A stretch of DNA of 64,000 nucleotides, taken from the NCBI GenBank assembly GCA_965218095.1, contig OZ244587.1, forward strand, positions 384,001 through 448,000. The letters run 5' to 3'. The stretch's first letter is position 1. The number at the start of each line of letters is the position of its first letter. The notes beneath the pieces are model-generated. The model was not told the origin of the DNA and did no database searches. It saw only the letters and a list, made by a program, of their open reading frames with translations. The DNA is from Candidatus Poribacteria bacterium (GTDB lineage: Bacteria > Poribacteria > WGA-4E > PCPOR2b). Made by a program: the position numbers and the translations under genes. This document shows, piece after piece, positions 60,130 through 64,000 of the stretch.

Positions 60130-60296
60130 CCAATTCTCTCGTAATCTCTTTGAAATTTACTTAGAGTCCGGTACATTAGCCGAGCTACAGCACTTTAATT
60201 CTTTCTGGCAAGACGTTCGATCTGAATCATACTATTGACGAAAGACGAGCGGATAAGTTACCCAAATCCATCCACACAGTGACATGGGCATCGACT

Positions 60297-61052
60297 TTAA
60301 GCCTTCAGCGGACTCTGCCAGCAGACTCTGCCGACAAAGAATGGCCCGAGAGATTCGATATAGTTGGCGGTTTGCTGTGTTTTTCTCATCTCCTGTACAA
60401 GTCGCGATAATGGATAAAGCTCCGCTCCCATCAATCCAATCACGAAATCATTATCATGCTGATCGAGTCCGAAACACGCCAGCCGAATATCACGCGCATA
60501 GTCAGCCTCTGCATATGATCGACCAATTATAGCATGTTCGCGCAAAATCTTGCCCTGATCAGACTCGGGAAGCCGATAAAACTCCGGTTTCCGGCGGAGT
60601 GGATACCAGATTGCCCATGGTAACTCGGCATCCAAAGCATTACGGCGGGGCTTGACGAGCAGCCAGTCTTCCAAATCTGGTTCGTATCCGGATGAATATG
60701 TCCTGCCGATCATGGTAAATTCCGGCTCTGGAGATAGTGATACGAAGGGGCGACTCATCAGCAGCACCCTGGCTTCTGTCACAAGATCATCCGGATCTTC
60801 CGTCATAAAAAGCAAACCGATGCCGTAGGGGTCGTGCAGGTCATGATACAGGACAACCTGTAGCCCACTTGCGCTCAGTGGATGGATCAGTTCCTGTGGT
60901 TGAGGACATCCAGTGAATACCTGAAGCTGCAAAAACAATCGCCGCTTACTGATTTGCGGCGCGCCATTTATCGGGGCGCCGGTTTCACAGATGTCTGGTG
61001 ACTCGGCAGGTTGAACGCCTTGATTCGGATGCGCAGAATTTTGGGAACGCAT
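60297..61052 (-). CDS. Chlorite dismutase/coproheme decarboxylase family protein
   Basis: WYPLRR..FY.LP..ILREH..G, FGLDQHDNDFV, GPFFVG. Confidence 0.85.
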   Translation of the reverse strand: MRSQNSAHPNQGVQPAESPDICETGAPINGAPQISKRRLFLQLQVFTGCPQPQELIHPLSASGLQVVLYHDLHDPYGIGLLFMTEDPDDLVTEARVLLMSRPFVSLSPEPEFTMIGRTYSSGYEPDLEDWLLVKPRRNALDAELPWAIWYPLRRKPEFYRLPESDQGKILREHAIIGRSYAEADYARDIRLACFGLDQHDNDFVIGLMGAELYPLSRLVQEMRKTQQTANYIESLGPFFVGRVCWQSPLKA

Positions 61053-61202
61053 TTGTTTGTTTACCTCACTGTCGCCTTTGATTTAATTTTGTGAAGGTGT
61101 CAATCCACAGTATACTATACTGTTCCCACCAATTTCAATCTGAATTGGTTGCCCTTTTTTACACAGGACAAGGCGTCCGGTGAAAATTGCTCATGTTTCC
61201 TG

Positions 61203-61622
61203 TCATTGAAGATGGTAGAGCATCCAATAAACAATGATGCCTGTGATAGACACATACAGCCATATCGGAAGCGTCCATCGGGCAATACGGCGGTGTTTTG
61301 TGAACTGTTTTCGCCAGGCGAAGTAGAGCGTTATCAACGCGAGGGGGAGGATACAAGCAGCAAGGATAATGTGAGGAATAAGGACAATAAAGTAAACGGA
61401 ACGAATCCAACCTTGCCCTTCAAAGGGGGTTGATCCGACGTGGTAATGATAGATGAGGTAGGACGCTAGAAAGAAGGCTGAGGCCACGAAAGCCGCGATC
61501 ATACAGTTTCTGTGAGCGGTGATCTTTCGCTGTCGGATCATGAAGAACCCAAGGATCAGTAAAACGATGCTGATCACGTTCAGCGTGGCATTGACGGTAG
61601 GTAGGTCTGAGATGGTAAGCAT
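61203..61622 (-). CDS. DUF420 family membrane protein
   Basis: LPTVNATLN, HRNCM, FLASYLIYH, HRRIARWTLPIWLYVSITG. Confidence 0.9.
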   Translation of the reverse strand: MLTISDLPTVNATLNVISIVLLILGFFMIRQRKITAHRNCMIAAFVASAFFLASYLIYHYHVGSTPFEGQGWIRSVYFIVLIPHIILAACILPLALITLYFAWRKQFTKHRRIARWTLPIWLYVSITGIIVYWMLYHLQ

Positions 61623-61634
61623 CTTTTTTTCACT

Positions 61635-61965
61635 ATTCCAAGTTAGTGGTTTCTTTAGGCGGGCTTGTACTTCTTGCCAATCATGGTCGGAGAAACGGCC
61701 GACAGCCGTAATCCCTGTGGCGTGTACTGTGGCTAAGAAGGGCCTGGACGCAGAAGGACAATGCAAGCCGCCGGACGTCCAGTCTTTCAGCACATAGTCG
61801 GTTGGCGCTGTCACCGACAGAATCTGCGTAGTCAGCAAACAGATGATTACGTCGGGGCGGTGTGCGTGATAGACGTTTGTTGATACTACTATGGCAGGTT
61901 GTCTTTTTACGCCGGTAACACCCGGGAAATCAGCAGTGACTACCTCGTTATCAGAACACCAACAT
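61635..61965 (-). pseudogene. PemK/MazF-like toxin relic running in frame into DUF420
   Basis: EVVTADFPGVTGVKRQPAIVVST..RPDVIICLLTTQI..PTDYVLKDW..GL; ATG at 61965 is out of frame; no stop before DUF420. Confidence 0.7.
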
Positions 61966-62352
61966 CAATTAAATTCATAAAGGCCAGTTATAAATAATTC
62001 TGGTCTGCATCTACGAAACTTTCCTTTAGTTCAGACAGAATCTCAATATCAAAGGTGAGGACCTCTTGTTCAGCAACAATATCGTATAGCTTCGCAACGC
62101 TTTTAAGGATTCTGGATAGGTCAATCTGTGCGATTCGTGTCATCTTACGACCTTTTCAGTTATAGGGGAAAATCAGGCACATCCTGGCTCCAACCGCTAA
62201 GTGAAAAATTCGTGTCATCTGTGTTCTATCATAATCATCTACAGATTGGGGTGCATATTTTCAAAAAATATCAATCCGTTATCCGATTTGGCTGTTTTGG
62301 GAGAAGTGTGCAGTAGCCTAGCTACCGCACGCCAAAACCTTTTACATACCAT

Positions 62353-62718
62353 TTAACCGTGCATAATCGATTCAACCTCTGGCAAAACAGCCCGCACCGC
62401 CGCTTGATTAACCTTCGCGGCAACACTGTCATAGCCAGCCGTGCGAATCATCTCCGCGAGATTGTGTCCAAGTTGTTCAATCGTCCAGCCGATGGAATCG
62501 GGGGCGGTATCCCCGTCGAGATGATGTTGTTCATTTCTACCGGATGGGTCATAGTGATAGTGCGGGTTCTTTTGGAAGCAGTCGAACCGCAGCAGTTGCA
62601 CCGATTCGCCATCAACATCGCCGTAAACGCGGACAGCGGGACCGCCATCCGCGCCCAAGGTTCGGTTGTCAACGCGGAGTTCAACCCCACCGGCTTGAAA
62701 GACCTTTTCCTGACTCAT
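62353..62718 (-). CDS. Conserved hypothetical protein
   Basis: LRFDCF..PHYHYDP motif; AGGAGG RBS. Confidence 0.75.
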   Translation of the reverse strand: MSQEKVFQAGGVELRVDNRTLGADGGPAVRVYGDVDGESVQLLRFDCFQKNPHYHYDPSGRNEQHHLDGDTAPDSIGWTIEQLGHNLAEMIRTAGYDSVAAKVNQAAVRAVLPEVESIMHG

Positions 62719-63152
62719 AATTGAAATCCCTCCTAATCATAAGATCCGACTAACCTTGAAAAGGTTTCAAACCTTTTCAAGGTTAGGCTACCAAATTATA
62801 CCATCTTCAGAGAAATTACACAATCATCGAAAAAGGATCATGTTTCGCGTCAATGTCTGACCGCCCTGGTATCACATCGCCGCCGAGATACTAATCTCCG
62901 CATGCGCTTTATCTTCTGGTCGCTGACGTACAATGATTTCCATTGCTGCTCCTAACCTAATCAGGATATTTCATCATTATGTCAAATTTAGCATGTTTTC
63001 GCAATCTTTTTTCTGGGCAAGATCTCATGGAGAATTTTTTGCTTGGCGCGAAATTGTTTTAATGGTAGAATAGTTCTTCGACATCATACCATCGAGAACA
63101 AACTGGGTCGAAGTCTGTGTTCAGTGCGACTTCAACCGCACGGAGGTTATCC

Positions 63153-64000
63153 ATGTTAGCTATCGGCATTTTTGCCCCCTACCGAACAGATCACGACCGC
63201 AACATCGCCTTTTGCCAGGATACCGATGTCCACCACATCGTCCTGGGCGCAGCCGCAATCGCTGGCGAAGGAAGCGACGGTGTGCCTTCGGTCAGCACGC
63301 TGAAGGACCTGGTCAACAAATATGTGGCTGCCGGCGTTACCCTTGCTGCGCTCACACCCGCTCGCATCCGCCAGACGGCCTTCTCTGACCCTGAGACCCA
63401 GAAGGAAGAGGTAGCCATCTTCGGACGCATTATCGAGAATATGGGTGAAGCCGGCATCCCCTACCTCCATCTCTATCTTAACGTTGACCGATTGAGTTCT
63501 GAGGTTGAAAGAGCCCAACTCCGGGGAGGGCTGGTCGAGGTCTATCGTCAACTCACCGGCATCGCTGAAAAAGCAGGCGTCCGAATATCCACCCACCACT
63601 TTCATGTGCCTGACCGCCTGCTCTGGAACTATGAAACCATGTCACAGTTTCTGAATGAGATTAATAGCCCTGCCAACGGCGTCACGTTCTGCCAAGGAAA
63701 ATCCCAGATGGCCGGCGACGATCTAGTGAGAGACATCTTGAACTACGGCGATCAGATCTTCATGTTCCATATCCGCGATATTGTAACGAAAGTTTCTGGA
63801 GACATTCCACCGGAGATCGAAAAGCGGTTGACGGACATCGGCTACCTTGAAGTCGCCTTCGGTACCGGAGAGGTCGATATGGTCGGTTCTATCCGTGTGC
63901 TTAAGCAGATTGATTATCAAGGGCAGATCTACCCCGAGCACTACCCCTCCATCGCCGGAGATTCCGCCGCCGGGCTTGCTTGGACGATTGGCTATATTCG
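63153..64000 (+). CDS. Mannonate dehydratase (UxuA)-like/xylose-isomerase TIM-barrel protein, partial
   Basis: Not in ORF track because it runs off the end; MLAIG..IENMGEAGIP..SPANGVTFCQG..FHIRD..GEVDM..PEH..AWTIGYI; GGAGG RBS. Confidence 0.8.
   Translation, partial: MLAIGIFAPYRTDHDRNIAFCQDTDVHHIVLGAAAIAGEGSDGVPSVSTLKDLVNKYVAAGVTLAALTPARIRQTAFSDPETQKEEVAIFGRIIENMGEAGIPYLHLYLNVDRLSSEVERAQLRGGLVEVYRQLTGIAEKAGVRISTHHFHVPDRLLWNYETMSQFLNEINSPANGVTFCQGKSQMAGDDLVRDILNYGDQIFMFHIRDIVTKVSGDIPPEIEKRLTDIGYLEVAFGTGEVDMVGSIRVLKQIDYQGQIYPEHYPSIAGDSAAGLAWTIGYI

Noticed and set aside
60961-60980. Palindrome in the chlorite dismutase N-terminus as another coding insert
   Set aside because: The GAPxxGxPQ peptide appears to be a normal part of this family's N-terminus

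Overview
A 64-kb bacterial chromosomal window. It is most likely from Candidatus Poribacteria or a relative (inference from secreted proteins ending in the NYPNPFNPETWIPY...RKMLIxK FlgD-Ig module, cohesin/dockerin modules, and many Gfo/Idh/MocA, enolase-family, PhyH/TauD and heparinase genes). Most genes serve sugar/sugar-acid catabolism or housekeeping (nnr, cysC, uppP, fur, ogt). There are three restriction-modification loci. One is translationally coupled to an ABC-type ATPase plus PIN-nuclease pair, a candidate undescribed RM-guard defence module. The window is dense in short palindromic REP/MITE-like families and has a truncated REP-associated tyrosine transposase; some palindromes appear inserted in frame inside enzyme genes. 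Other observations: a group II intron domain V/VI relic, a tandem lipoprotein duplication with a hypervariable patch next to an S8 protease, three genes interrupted by single in-frame TAG codons, a triple-frameshifted DUF5916 gene with an 8-bp tandem expansion, and several small pseudogene scars. No CRISPR array, tRNA or rRNA was recognised. All calls come from reading the sequence; no database searches were run.
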